Assembly (NCBI RefSeq): GCF_964188315.1
Contig: NC_135655.1
Location: 66,278,001-66,332,420 of the forward strand
DNA from: Podarcis muralis
Taxonomy: Eukaryota
Direction: 5' to 3'
DNA length: 54,420 bases
How positions within the stretch are numbered: the stretch's first letter is position 1; every line of letters starts with the position of its first letter. Positions 34,686 through 46,038 of this stretch are shown here, in pieces. The position numbers and the translations under genes were made by a program. The notes under the pieces are model-generated. The model ran no database searches. It was not told where the DNA came from and saw only the letters and a program-made list of their open reading frames with translations.

Positions 34686-36855
34686 TGCAGTATGCTTACA
34701 GTGGATTAATTTCTAAGGATTTGTGCTCGATGAGCTTTTTACCATAATAGCTGAAAACAAAACACTTCTCAGAAAATGATGTTTAGAGAGCATGAACGGA
34801 CCAAATGGACTACCAGAAAGCAGTAAAACCACCAGCTGCTTGAAACTTAGATAATATTGTGAGGCCTGCCTTCCTTAATAATGCCTGGTATAAAATTTAA
34901 GGAATTAATTGGAAGAAGGGGGTTACTTTAACTTTTCAACCTAAATTGTGAAGCAAGCAGTAGACCTTTCATACACCCAGGCTTTTTTCTTTCAAAGTCT
35001 CAGTAGTTCTGCAGATGGAATGTTGTAAGCCTGCCACAGATCAGGAGATTAAGATAAGTTTTCCCATTCCATAAATATTCTGGAGGCAGAAGTTTCCGCA
35101 CTAGGGGAAAAAGTTGTCCTTAATTTAAAGTATTTGTATTACCTACTTTCTTCACTGCAGCATTCATGTGATTGTTATTAGGACTTTTGTACTGCACACG
35201 GCTGCTTCTTGTTTCCTTTATGAAAATCAGAACACTGTTCTGTCCTGTTCAAAAACTGGCTTTATAGCAAATAGCAGTTCCATGAGCATTTTGTATCTGC
35301 TTGTTTTGTTCCTAAATCTTTGCTCATGCAGATCTGCTCTAAAGACCTTCAAGCCTGCTCTAGTGTAGCACTGTGGACATCTACACATCATTAGGCAAGG
35401 GTACCACCTGCTGGTGACAAAGTTTTGGTCGCAAAAAACACACATTCCAAACGTAACTTATGTTGCCATCCTAATAATAATAGCACAACTCTGAATGTTT
35501 TTATTTTGCAAGAGAGAGATCAACATGCAGCCAGCAGACATCCATTGAATCAAACTGTGAAAGCTGGGGTGGGTGGCCGTTTGGACTTTACTATTAAGCA
35601 ACAGGTCCTTGAATGCTTGTACAAGATGAATACTTGAAGCATAAACTACTTAATGGCTTTTCAGCCCTGGAGAGCTTTTGAACGTATTTATATCTGTGTC
35701 ATTTCTTACAGTTCTTGAGCTAGTGCACGCTCTTAACGTCAAAAGCATGAAAAAGTATGTTGTATGTCATTTTTACAAAGGTGACTGTTGAAGCATATGC
35801 ATGCATACAGCCTGTACTAGGGTTTGTGGTCTGGATAATGCCACCTCTCTGAAGCAAAGCAGGGCCGAGTCTGGTCAGTGCTTTGGGTGGGTGACTCTCA
35901 ACGACATGAATGTCACCTTGAATTCCATAAAGGAAAAAAGGTTGGCAATAAGTGTAAGAAAATAAAATTGGTTAACAAATGTTCCCAGAAAGGTTTTCCT
36001 ATTTGACACACAGGTATGAATGTTTGGCTCAGAGAGCTCCAATGTTGCAGAAAGAGTTTCATGAGCAACAGTCAATGAATATACTTCAAGGCTATTAAGA
36101 ATTGGTGGTGTAATGTTTTGAATACGAATAAGCTACGCCAAGACTTGCATGAGCAATATGGCTCAAATGTATATGTATATATTTCCTAGCTTGTCATCAG
36201 AATTATCTAGAATAGCTTATTGTGGCAATGTTTAGATTATTGTTACAGTATGATTAGACAATGTCATAGCAGCTGGGTGGTTAAGACACTGGAAGACACT
36301 CCCTGCAGTGTCTTCCAATGCAGTTTATGCAGGAAACAGACCATATTTGTGTCTTAGTCCAAGTACTAGGCATGGTATTTTGGCTATATGGCTTAAGGGA
36401 AGCTGTAAGAGGAGGTTTACTGCCCAAATGCTGCATACATGGTTCTGAAATTAAAGACTGAATCCTGCTGAGACTGATTGCCTGCCCCCACCCCCCCACC
36501 CCCACTTTTACATCCACCACCTCCTTCCTTTGGAAGAGCACCTGCCCAACAGTGAAGCTCTTCATGCTGTCCAACCTATAAAATGGGCTTTGACTTTCAT
36601 GCTCCATTGGCAGCATGGCCCCAACAGATAGGATGGTCTCAACAGTAGATTTCACTTTCTGCCTACTCTTGCATGGTTCTTACTGGTGTTCCCCCTGGTT
36701 TTCTGAGATGGGGTTCACTAAAGGTGATGGCATGTGAAAAATCCGGGCGGGGGGAGAGAGAGAGACAGTGACAGAATAATGAACATACTTGAATGGTCAT
36801 TGTGAAGTAAATTATATTACTGCATCACAAACAAATTTTACAAAACAATTTGATG

Positions 36856-36861
36856 TTTATT
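36856..36861 (-). terminator. Candidate CYB5R2 poly(A) signal
   Basis: AATAAA on the minus strand about 360 nt after the stop. Confidence 0.6.
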
Positions 36862-37049
36862 AAATGGAAAACTGTTAGCTTCCCCGATAGCCTTTTTAAA
36901 TGCAGCATTCTTCTACTGGTTATAGAACTACTTTTGGACAAAAGAAGCTGTTGTAATTACATAGTTGCAACAGTTTAAGCAGCATCTCAATGCAGAGGAA
37001 GGCATAACCTAGCACCGTTAGTATGAGAAGCAGTGTTGATATAAACACC

Positions 37050-37126
37050 GGTTGCCATACATCCAGATTATCCCAGACATTTTGGGGATTTCCAATGGCC
37101 ACATCCCAGCTATGTCCGGGAAATAC
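37050..37126. mobile_element. DNA-transposon-like fragment in the CYB5R2 3' UTR
   Basis: ggttgccatacatccag...tcccagacat / atgtccggga inverted repeat, typical of sauropsid MITEs. Confidence 0.45.
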
Positions 37127-37219
37127 CACTCCCATCAGTCATCAATTTTACTACTTGCTTTAACACAAAATTTATATGTACCAACAACATACTATAAAAG
37201 GGATGGTACAACTTCCGGT

Positions 37220-37392
37220 TTAATAAGCAAAAGTGTTTTCTTTGGCATACCCTAGCTTTTCAAGATTAGGCAGACAAGCAAACTGAATCATAGGTGGGGG
37301 TCCACACATCAGAATCAGAGTCTCACTGCCAGGGGGAGGCATATGTTCTTTTATCATGCTATCCGTAATAAAACCAGCACTATACTTCCAGC
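37220..37392 (-). CDS. CYB5R2: Cytochrome b5 reductase 2, exon 9 ([10 protein letters not shown]...[32 protein letters not shown]-stop)
   Basis: catttcag acceptor, CGPPP motif, TAA stop; 173 nt. Confidence 0.96.
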
Positions 37393-38245
37393 CTGAAATG
37401 AAAAAATGGTGGACATAGTTAAAAAGCTTCAGGGCTAGTCTTCCATATGAATTACTTGTCTATTATATCACCTTAAAAAGACATCAGATATGTCTACTAT
37501 GTGATATCCAGAGAGGGTTCGATCATGATCCAAACACATTTAGCTCTCTTATCTAGAAGAGCTTCCCGATTCAGTTCCATAAAGCTCCTGAATTGAATGA
37601 GTGAGACCATCATGCATGGCAGGAAACCAGTGGTCCACCAGATAATTCTGGACTTCCCCACCATGCTGGGTGGAGGCTGATGGGAAACTGGAGCTCAGCA
37701 ACACGTTAGCCACTCCTGACAGGTGGCCATCAGATCTCCAGCTGACAGTTTGATGCACATTCCAAAGACGTAACTAGAACCTAGTAAAGCTCTTACTGAA
37801 TCTTACAAACAGCATGGACAGCATGTATAAAATGCAACAATCTATATGGGGCAGGCTCCTGGTCTTAATCCAAGAGGGGGGGAAAGTTGCTGGTTGCTCC
37901 TTAGAGCTGCTGTTCCTTCTTCCCCTCTCACCTCCCTCAAAAGAAAATCCTAACCATCATGATTCCTGTGGTTACCCCCCAAAGAAAAGTCTTAACACGT
38001 GATGTTTTTGTCTTACTAGTGAAATAGCATTTTGCTTTGCAAGGGTTCCTGGGGTGCATCATCAACGACAACCAGGAAAAATGATCGAAGACAGAAAAAT
38101 CCTGGTTCACAAACTTTAAAAACTCACTAGAATTAATCTAACATCATAGCAAGGCAAACTTATCCCTACACTAGAAGTGTGCGATACTCAAATTATTTGC
38201 ATACAAGAAGAAGCTTCATTAGTCTGTAAAGCCAGAGTCGCTTAC

Positions 38246-38345
38246 CCTGAGGTGGTCTGTCCAAAGTGTACCACAGTTTAAACTGATCCGAGTGATTTGC
38301 TGCTACATCTTCAAGCTCTGGTCTCAATAATATATCTTCTTCTGT
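38246..38345 (-). CDS. CYB5R2: CYB5R2 exon 8 ([33 protein letters not shown])
   Basis: Canonical splice sites, 100 nt, phase 0-1. Confidence 0.96.
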
Positions 38346-38768
38346 CTATCAATAGAAGGTCAGTGAAACATCCACGAAGTACAATAATTGGGAGATTCAT
38401 GCATACACACACCTCTCTTAATCACCTTTATGCACCATTGTTTCTAACTTCACTGCCCCCTCTTATTTTTACCTTATTAGGTAAAATCAATCAGCTCCTC
38501 AAAAGTTTAGCATTGAGGCCTTTGCTTAGAACAGAATTCCAGTGAAGCAGAGCAAACTGACCTTACTTCTGAGTAAGTGTTATTAACATTAACTTTCTGG
38601 CCAAACTTTCTGGTTTATCCTGGATGGGAAAATGCATACAAGCTGCCTTCTCTGGCTGCCTCCTAACACTCAAACTGTTGCTTGTCAAATCCCTGTTTCA
38701 GTTCCACTGCTCAAAATCCTTTGTGAGAACCACAGAGAAAAATGAATAAACTAGAGAAGTCTACTCAC

Positions 38769-38854
38769 CTGGTTAGCAAAAAGAAGGTAACACTTGGTGT
38801 TATCTTTGGGGTCCTTTGTAATGTGACGAATTAGTTGAAGCATTGGAGTAATTC
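38769..38854 (-). CDS. CYB5R2: CYB5R2 exon 7 ([29 protein letters not shown])
   Basis: Canonical splice sites, 86 nt, phase 1-0. Confidence 0.96.
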
Positions 38855-39144
38855 CTATAAAAATCAAAGCCAAAAGCAACAACTAGATGTTTATTTTCCA
38901 TTCCCACAATCAGAGACCCAATGCTGCCTTATCCTAATTGGATTTTTGTAAGATTTTAGATTACTCCGTCCCAGATTTTGTTTGACTAGCTGTAAAATAG
39001 GACAAGGGGAAATGGACTGCTTAGCAGTAGTGCTTGATGATTAGCCTGCATTAACTATATTCAGTGTAGCTGAATTCACACTCCAGACTAAATCTCTTAG
39101 ATCGGTAAGTACATTCCTAAGGATGACATTTTTATTTAATAATA

Positions 39145-39245
39145 AATTAATTAATTAATTAATTAATTAATTAATTAATTAATAATAATAATAATAATAT
39201 AGTTATTTCTACCCCATCCATCTGGCTGGGTTTCCCCAGCCACCT
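39145..39245 (-). repeat. (AATT)9 plus (AAT)6 compound microsatellite forming the tail of an L2 fragment
   Basis: Repeat read directly; adjoining ccatctggctgggtttccccagccac matches the other L2 tails. Confidence 0.9.
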
Positions 39246-39741
39246 GGTAGGATCAGTACTACCTGCTTCAATATGGTAACTATTTCATAATTATTGCATG
39301 ACCCCAAGCTCTTGTGCTCAGGCTGTTTTCACTGAACCAGATAGTTATAGATCACTCAGTTCTCAAATTGCTGTTGGCCAGAGCGTTACTAGGGTGCAAC
39401 ACAGAAAGCACTCCTGCCTCTTAGCAGCCCCACAATTGCCCCACAAGAATGCATCCACAGCTTCTCCCACCCAGCTCTTCCTGCAATGCTACTTTCCACC
39501 CTTCTGCCATGGGGCAAAAGGAGACTTCTCCAGCAGGTGAAAAGAAACAGTGGCTGATGCAACTGAATATTGAGCTGAGTCCTCTGACATGAAGGACTTC
39601 GGAAGTGCCCACAATGAATAAGGGAAAGCCTCAAGCTCGCCCCACCCAAAGTTTAATGATCACATAAAATATATGCAGTAACTTTAGTTCTTGCCATGTG
39701 CTCAGCCCTATCTGTCCCCTCACCAAGGCATAATATCATAC

Positions 39742-39825
39742 CTGTTCCTCCAGCTATCATTCCAACATGTTTTGCAAACTTTATCCTTGCTTCAGACTTC
39801 TTATCTGGCTTGATAGAAAATTTAC
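39742..39825 (-). CDS. CYB5R2: CYB5R2 exon 6 (GKFSIKPDKKSEARIKFAKHVGMIAGGT)
   Basis: Canonical splice sites, 84 nt, phase 1-1; NADH-binding GMIAGGTG motif spans the junction. Confidence 0.96.
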
Positions 39826-40123
39826 CTGTGTGAAAATGAGATTACAGCTGTCAAGGCAAACCAAAGAGTGAACCTATGGCCATTTCAGCAGCATTTAATC
39901 ACTGTGCCATGCAACACTGCTCTTTAAATCTGCAATCCTATGTAAACCTACTGAAACAGTAGGCTTTACCTCCAAGTAAACACAGGATTGAGCTACACAG
40001 CTGGTCACTCATCATATTAACAGTGAGGCAATATAGTCTAGCCAGTAGAAGCCAGGATTTATAGGTTGGAGTATGTTGCTTCATTTACAGCAGCTAACAT
40101 GGAATAGAAAACTATATAATTAA

Positions 40124-40211
40124 GGCTGTAATTCTGTGCATAGTTACTTGAGAGTACGTCCCACTGCACACAGTGGGACTTACTTTCAAGTAAACATGCA
40201 TAGGACTGCAC
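40124..40211. repeat. About 90-bp palindromic squamate repeat; related copies at about 39930-39995, 50205-50277 and 15745-15820
   Basis: ggctgtaattctgtgcatagttacttgagagtacgtcccact / agtgggacttactttcaagtaaacatgcataggactgca. Confidence 0.7.
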
Positions 40212-41011
40212 TGTAAGAGAAGGTATTGATGCACATGTATTTTAAAAAGGACTGGAGTTAGCAATTATCTTGGCAAAAAAATTAAAATGCATTATTATTT
40301 AAAGCGTTTTTATCCTACTCTTCAGTTAAAAAAAGAAAAAGATGTGCCCAGAGCAGCTTACAAATATAAGTGATATGTTTAGAAGTTGATCTGGGCAGTG
40401 TGATCCTTTTTAAATTTTGAGTTTTCCTCTTTCTTTCTTTCTCCCTACCAATCTTTTTTTTGTGTGTGTGTGTGCCATGTCTTTTAGTTGATAAGCCTGA
40501 GGTGAGTGACACAAGAGAGAGAGAAAAAGATTGGTAGGAAGAAAGAAAAAGGCAAACTCGGGGCACTGTTTTTCAGTTGTAGAGTTCTTGTAATGACAGC
40601 CTGGAATTGAAAGATTTCCATAAGTGGAGGCTCCAAATATTTGTGATATCTCAGCAGAATTGATGGAGAGGCCCTGCAGCCCAATCTCTCTCCCTTCCAC
40701 AGAGTCTGATGAAATGACTACTCCAGTTCTACTGCAGCACATGATAGCTTAAGTGATTTAGATACACATCATCTTGAAGCCCCCCTGCTTCAGCTGAGAT
40801 GCTGTAACTCTTATCTCTCAGTGACTTCTGCCCATCTGTCTCTCAAGAGCACCATCACTGTTCAGTTGTCACAAATTCCTGTTGATTACACTCTTCGGCA
40901 TACTAATGTTACAGTGTTCGGACAACAGGTGAAATACTGCCCCAAATATCTTCTTCATCACATAATCAAGCAGCTATTTTAAAGCATCTGGATTCTGTGA
41001 CCTTATTGTAC

Positions 41012-41141
41012 CTGACCCCTTGTATACCAGAAGTCCATTAGGTCCTCTGAAGTCAATGGTATCACCAATCTTCATGCTGTCTAAATGCTGGGACATCTTC
41101 CCACCTTCTGGAAACTTGGGGTGAATGTTTTTGTAGTAAAC
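41012..41141 (-). CDS. CYB5R2: CYB5R2 exon 5 ([43 protein letters not shown])
   Basis: Canonical splice sites, 130 nt, phase 0-1; FAD-binding GKMS and FRGP motifs. Confidence 0.96.
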
Positions 41142-41474
41142 CTGTTTGAAGAGGAAGTGGGGAAACACACAACAGTGGTAGAAAGAATTTAGCCATTTTA
41201 CTTTAAGGCAACAGTGAGGTGCAATGGAAAGGAGTAAATAACAACATTTTTCACTCTGCCCTTTGAGCTAAAACCAAGTGTCACAATTGTCTGTTATCAC
41301 ACAAAACATGAAATAGAACCCAGAAAATCCCAGGTTTCCCAGAGTCTGTAACAAAAAAAACCACTGCACTTCTATTTACCCTACCAGATAGACTTTAAGA
41401 ACTCAAGTCTAAAGTACTAAGTCTTATTTGGTCTCTGGATAAGCTTTTGGTAAGAAGTCATCCTAGAAGTAGGC

Positions 41475-41703
41475 AAGAGGGGGGACCTGTAGTCGTTCAG
41501 ATGTTGCTGGACTCCAACTCCCATCATGGCCAATGGTCAGGAATGATGAGAGTTATGAAATCAATGAATTGCTTTTAGAATGCTGTGTTTTATTGTTGTT
41601 AGCCACTCTGAGCCTGGCTTCGGCTGGGGAGGGCGGGATATAAGTAAATTATTATTGTTATTATTATTATCCAACATCTGGACAACCACAGGTTCCCCAA
41701 CCT
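41475..41703. mobile_element. hAT-type MITE interrupted by an L2-type 3' tail (41555-41670)
   Basis: Halves cagatgttgctggactccaactcccatca and ccaacatctggacaaccacaggttcccc flank gccactctgagcc...gggcgggatataagtaaattattatt. Confidence 0.7.
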
Positions 41704-42639
41704 TTCTCTGACATCCTTCCCCCAGAACAGCAAAAGATTCACCTTTCTCATTACAAAGTGTTACAGAGCATCACACAATATGCTCACAAGTCATTAATCT
41801 TTATATCATAGCAGAAACATCCTATATTTAGTATGGCTGGCATAGCACTGGCCCTGCCCTTCTGTTTTATACAAAAGCCTGAAATGAACATATTTATCAG
41901 ATTTAAGTTTTTTCAACCTCTTTATTCCATGCCTGGATAACTTTCACCTGCCACATTTGTGTGCATCAGGCAGAGGAGCAAGTGCATAAATGATGGAGGT
42001 GCCTGTATTAATACTTCCCTGTGCGCAAGGATTCTTTTCAAGCCTTGGAAGAAACCTGGGTTCGATTAAATGTTGCTACTATACACAAGAGAAGACAAAA
42101 CCCCACAACAGAGTGACATACAAGGATGGCTTGAAAAGAAGTCATTAATTTAGCCAACTCAAGTTTTTCCATCCTACTGCAGTTACTGAAGCAGTGAATG
42201 ATCCAGCCACAGGGGGGGGAAGTCACTTGCACACACACTGGTCCTTTAATACTTCCAGTACTCAAGAAAAAATAATAATAAAGTTGCTTCAGTTACATTT
42301 ATTCCAATGTATCACTGAAGAAAGAACCAGCTGTTTCTGTACTTCATCTTCCTACTGTCAAGATGCAACCAGGATTTTGAAAGCTTCTTCCTTCCCCAAG
42401 TAAAAACATTAAGCTTATTTCCTGCATAAAGCAGCACATTTAACATGCAACTATACATTTGATCTGGGGGGGGGGGGGGGAATAGATCAGTACAAAGTTC
42501 AGTGGCTGGCATTCAAGATATACATCATTACATTCCCCCACCCCTATAACCCACTAAATCCAGCAGAACCTGCAGACATATTCAGTACCCACAGTAGAAC
42601 CAATCTTCAAAACGCCCATGAGAGCACTTTAAGGTCATT

Positions 42640-42641
<2 letters not shown>

Positions 42642-42670
<29 letters not shown>
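42642..42670. repeat. (AC)14 microsatellite
   Basis: Read directly from the sequence. Confidence 0.98.
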
Positions 42671-42672
<2 letters not shown>

Positions 42673-42965
42673 TATGAGTTGTGTTTTATTTTCAGTGCCC
42701 AGACAGACAAGCCTCTGTTAACATGTATAATAAAGGAAGCTGAGGCAAAGCGTATTTCCCATCATTTCCACACCATTCTCTGATTCCAGAATGAGCCCAT
42801 ACACTTTTAAAATATGTTAATAAGAACCTAGCGTGCTTCTTCAGACATAAATTTAAAAATGATCCAATTTCTGGTTGCAAATTGTAATTTAGACCCATGT
42901 TTATGAGAAATAGAACCAAAATCCGAGAGGGTCAAGTTACCAGCATTAAATAAATTTAAATATAC

Positions 42966-43072
42966 CTTTATGATTAAATCAACATAGCCTCTCACTTCAT
43001 CACTAGAAACTGGAGTGTAGGCCCGGATCACAAGGTTACCGTCCACTTTGGCAGAGAGATATACATGTTGGC
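42966..43072 (-). CDS. CYB5R2: CYB5R2 exon 4 ([36 protein letters not shown])
   Basis: Canonical splice sites, 107 nt, phase 1-0; RxYTP FAD motif. RAYTPVSSD together with synteny favours CYB5R2 over CYB5R1/3. Confidence 0.96.
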
Positions 43073-43162
43073 CTAGGTGGGAGAAACTGTTAACTTTTCA
43101 TTCCAAAGTTCATAATAGCATTAACAAACTAGCTAAACTGTTGGGCTGCTCAAAATTTACAT

Positions 43163-43167
<5 letters not shown>

Positions 43168-43251
<84 letters not shown>

Positions 43252-43252
43252 A
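43168..43252. repeat. Compound (AG)n(GAAA)n polypurine tract, 85 bp
   Basis: Read directly from the sequence. Confidence 0.98.
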
Positions 43253-43522
43253 TCTTCATAGTTGTGAACATAAGCTTGAAAACACGTGGAAATCAATTTC
43301 AGGAAGATGAGGAATTGGAAACCAACACAATCTCACATTATGCTTGCAAACATCATTATTTTTAAGCTGTTATGCCAAGAAAAGTCTGTACAATCTTAAT
43401 TTGCCTCCACTGACATTGGAGTTGAATCAGTTCTGAAGAGTTTCCAGAGTGATTTTCCAGAGATGGGGTGCTGTCACCCAAAAGGCTCTGTCTTAGAAAT
43501 CATAATATGCAGCCATGCTTAC

Positions 43523-43595
43523 CTACAGGCAAGCCCAATATATGTTTTGATGACGGAAGTTCAAACCGAAATCTCCTGGTATCGTGACTGATCTC
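43523..43595 (-). CDS. CYB5R2: CYB5R2 exon 3 ([24 protein letters not shown])
   Basis: Canonical splice sites, 73 nt, phase 0-1. Confidence 0.96.
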
Positions 43596-43773
43596 CTGTA
43601 AAAACACAAAAAGGTGGGTACTGTAAGGCTATGCTATGTAACAAAACATTCCAAAACTTCCAATTTTTAAAGTCACATAATACTCTTCATGGATTTGCTT
43701 TGATTAGCAGAATAGGCACTACTACAGGTGCCACATAATGCCCATTCCACATTTGTAAGAACTTGATTCTTTA

Positions 43774-43846
43774 TTCCTGAATTGCGGGGGATTGGACTAG
43801 ATGACCCTTGGTGTACCTTCCATTTCTACAATTCTATCATTCTATG
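43774..43846 (+). mobile_element. CR1-type 3' tail (CR1 LINE or Squam3-like SINE)
   Basis: gggggattggactagatgaccctt...ttcc...tctacaattctatcattctatg, the CR1 (ATTCTRTG)n terminus. Confidence 0.75.
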
Positions 43847-43874
43847 GTCATCTAGTCTGGAAGCACCTACATTT

Positions 43875-44007
43875 TGCATGTAATTAGAACTGTTTTGTGT
43901 GCTTTCATCTCCTCACTTGATTTTTCAAACTTACTTCCCAGCCAAGCTCCTTAAAAAGCTTACAGGTAAAATTATACCAAACAATACCTTCCACTTCGCC
44001 TTAGCTT
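43875..44007 (+). repeat. Unclassified interspersed repeat, copy 2 (copy 1 at 31275-31423)
   Basis: Same shared blocks as copy 1. Confidence 0.8.
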
Positions 44008-44285
44008 GTGCCCTGTTTTACTTCAGCCGATCATCTGGCACCGACTTAAGATTGGCTTAAGAACAAAAGAGGGGCCAGGCTAGATCAATCTGGTGCATTT
44101 GGCTTCCTACAGGGCACAATCAGATATTTCTGGGACACTTATGAGCAGGACATAAAAGCATTTAGGCAAATGCATCTGACCCTGTTGGTCCAGCCACAGT
44201 GATTGCTTCCCCACTCTGTCCATGCAATGGATGTTTAGGGATGTGGCAGTCTTCTTTCACTTGAAGAAAGTTACTTGGTTCATTA

Positions 44286-45922
44286 CATTGCACAACAAAT
44301 TCTGACATAAGTCATGTCTCTGAAATAAAAGTAGCCATTTCTTATAGATCTTGAGGTGCTGAACACAAATGCAACAATGAAAACACAAAAATGACTACTG
44401 TTTCATAGAGATGTGCAAAGGTTTACTATATACCGTATTTTTCGCTCTGTAAGACACACTCTTCCCCTCCTAAAAAGTAAGGGGAAATGTGTGTGTGTCT
44501 TATGGAGCGAAAGCAGGCTGTGCAGCTATCGCTGAAGCCAGGAGAGCAAGAGGAATTGGTGCACACCAATCCCTCTTGCTCTCCTGACTTCAGGGATAGC
44601 CACGCAAAGCCTTGAGCGCAGCGGGAGTGCTCCTCCCTCTTTGCTCAGGAGGCTTTGCATTGCTTTCTTGTTTCTTGTTTTCCTCCTCTAAAAACTAGGA
44701 GCGTCTTATGGCCGGGTGCGTCTTATAGAGCGAAAAAATGCGGCTATTGAAGAATGTGCACATGCAACATGCATCGGGAAAGCCGGCTTCTATATCCAGT
44801 GCCACTTAGCCTGTCACTTGCATAGCTGTTCAGGAGCATCTCTGGGCAGCGTCCAGCAGAAGTCAGCAAACATGGCAGCAGACCACTTCCCCTGGAATCG
44901 TTTCTCCATCGTTGCAATTTCCTGATGAAAACTCATGACTAGCCATACCACAGTTGTCGGGAAAGAAATTCAAGTGGGAATGGAGAAAGTGGATCTTTAA
45001 GGACATATTGCAGCCAGGTTTGCGATACAGTGACATGTCTTCGACCAGTTCCTTGTAGTTTTCTGCTCTGACATTCCCGTGGAAGCTAGCTGACACCAGG
45101 CAAAACACTATTTTTTCTCATCACCCTTAATGATTCCAAGGATTTGGAATCAGGCCATTTAGCAGAACATAAGGTCATCTTCATGACTAGTGTGAATCAA
45201 AGTCACTCAGACAATTTCCTTCAGAAGATTCCATTGCTGAAGTCTTGATCCCAGTAACTCCGCTTTGGCCAGGCACAGCTCTACAGCACACAAAACAAGA
45301 CTGTTCAGTTCTTCTTGTGTAAGACTCTGTGGAGTTTGAAATACATCGTTGCCAAATGAAATTGTTACTCAATGTGGACTGGGTCATTTAGACATGATCA
45401 TCTTTGTGTGAATATTTTCAGCCCCTCCCATTGCGAAAATCTCTGGATGTTTTCAGAAAGGAGGGGGCGGAAACTGCTCTTTGCTTCTTCTGCTCCTACC
45501 TGACTCTGTGAGAGTCGGTGTGTTATCTCTGTAGTGATTAGATGGCTGAGTGAGAGCTGTAACACTCATGCAAGCCAGTAGCTATTAGAAATAAAAGAAG
45601 TTATGCTTCACCGCTTTCTTCCGTGCTGTTCATACTCTGCTGAGTTTGGTGCTCACAACTCACAGTTGTGGGTCCAGTGCACTTAGACCTGCTTTCCAGA
45701 AGTGGAAGGTCTCTGGAAGTGCTCTCCAGTCGCCTAGCCCAGTTGGGGCAGATCCAGTTGTTGAGCCCAGTGGTTGGCATCGGCTCAAAGGCGTACTGAC
45801 ACTTTGTATCTCCTAAACAGGAGCCAATCAACTAATGTTAATGTCATTTTTGTGCTCAGCACCTTGAAATTAGTAAAGATTGGCCATTTTTATTTCAGAG
45901 GCATTTTGTGCATTGTGCAGTG
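44286..45922 (-). mobile_element. Internally deleted Chapaev (Chapaev3-type) DNA transposon relic
   Basis: Minus-strand transposase remnants: AKAELLGSRLQQWNLL (about 45210-45330), GNVRAENYKELVEDM..CNMSLKIHFLHSHLNFFPDN and, after a frameshift, FHQEIATMEKRFQGKWSAAMFADFCWTL; imperfect long TIRs starting CAYTGCACAA. Confidence 0.85.
44433..44743. mobile_element. Tc2-type mariner MITE nested inside the Chapaev element
   Basis: TA-ccgtatttttcgctctgtaagacacac ... gtgcgtcttatagagcgaaaaaatgcgg. Confidence 0.85.
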
Positions 45923-46038
45923 ATTTGGCACAGAGATACAGCTATAACACAGGGAAAATATGTCAAAGTTTGTTTCTTGCTATGAAATGCAAACAGCTAG
46001 GAGGGGTTCTAGTTCAGTGACAGAATACACAGCTTAGG

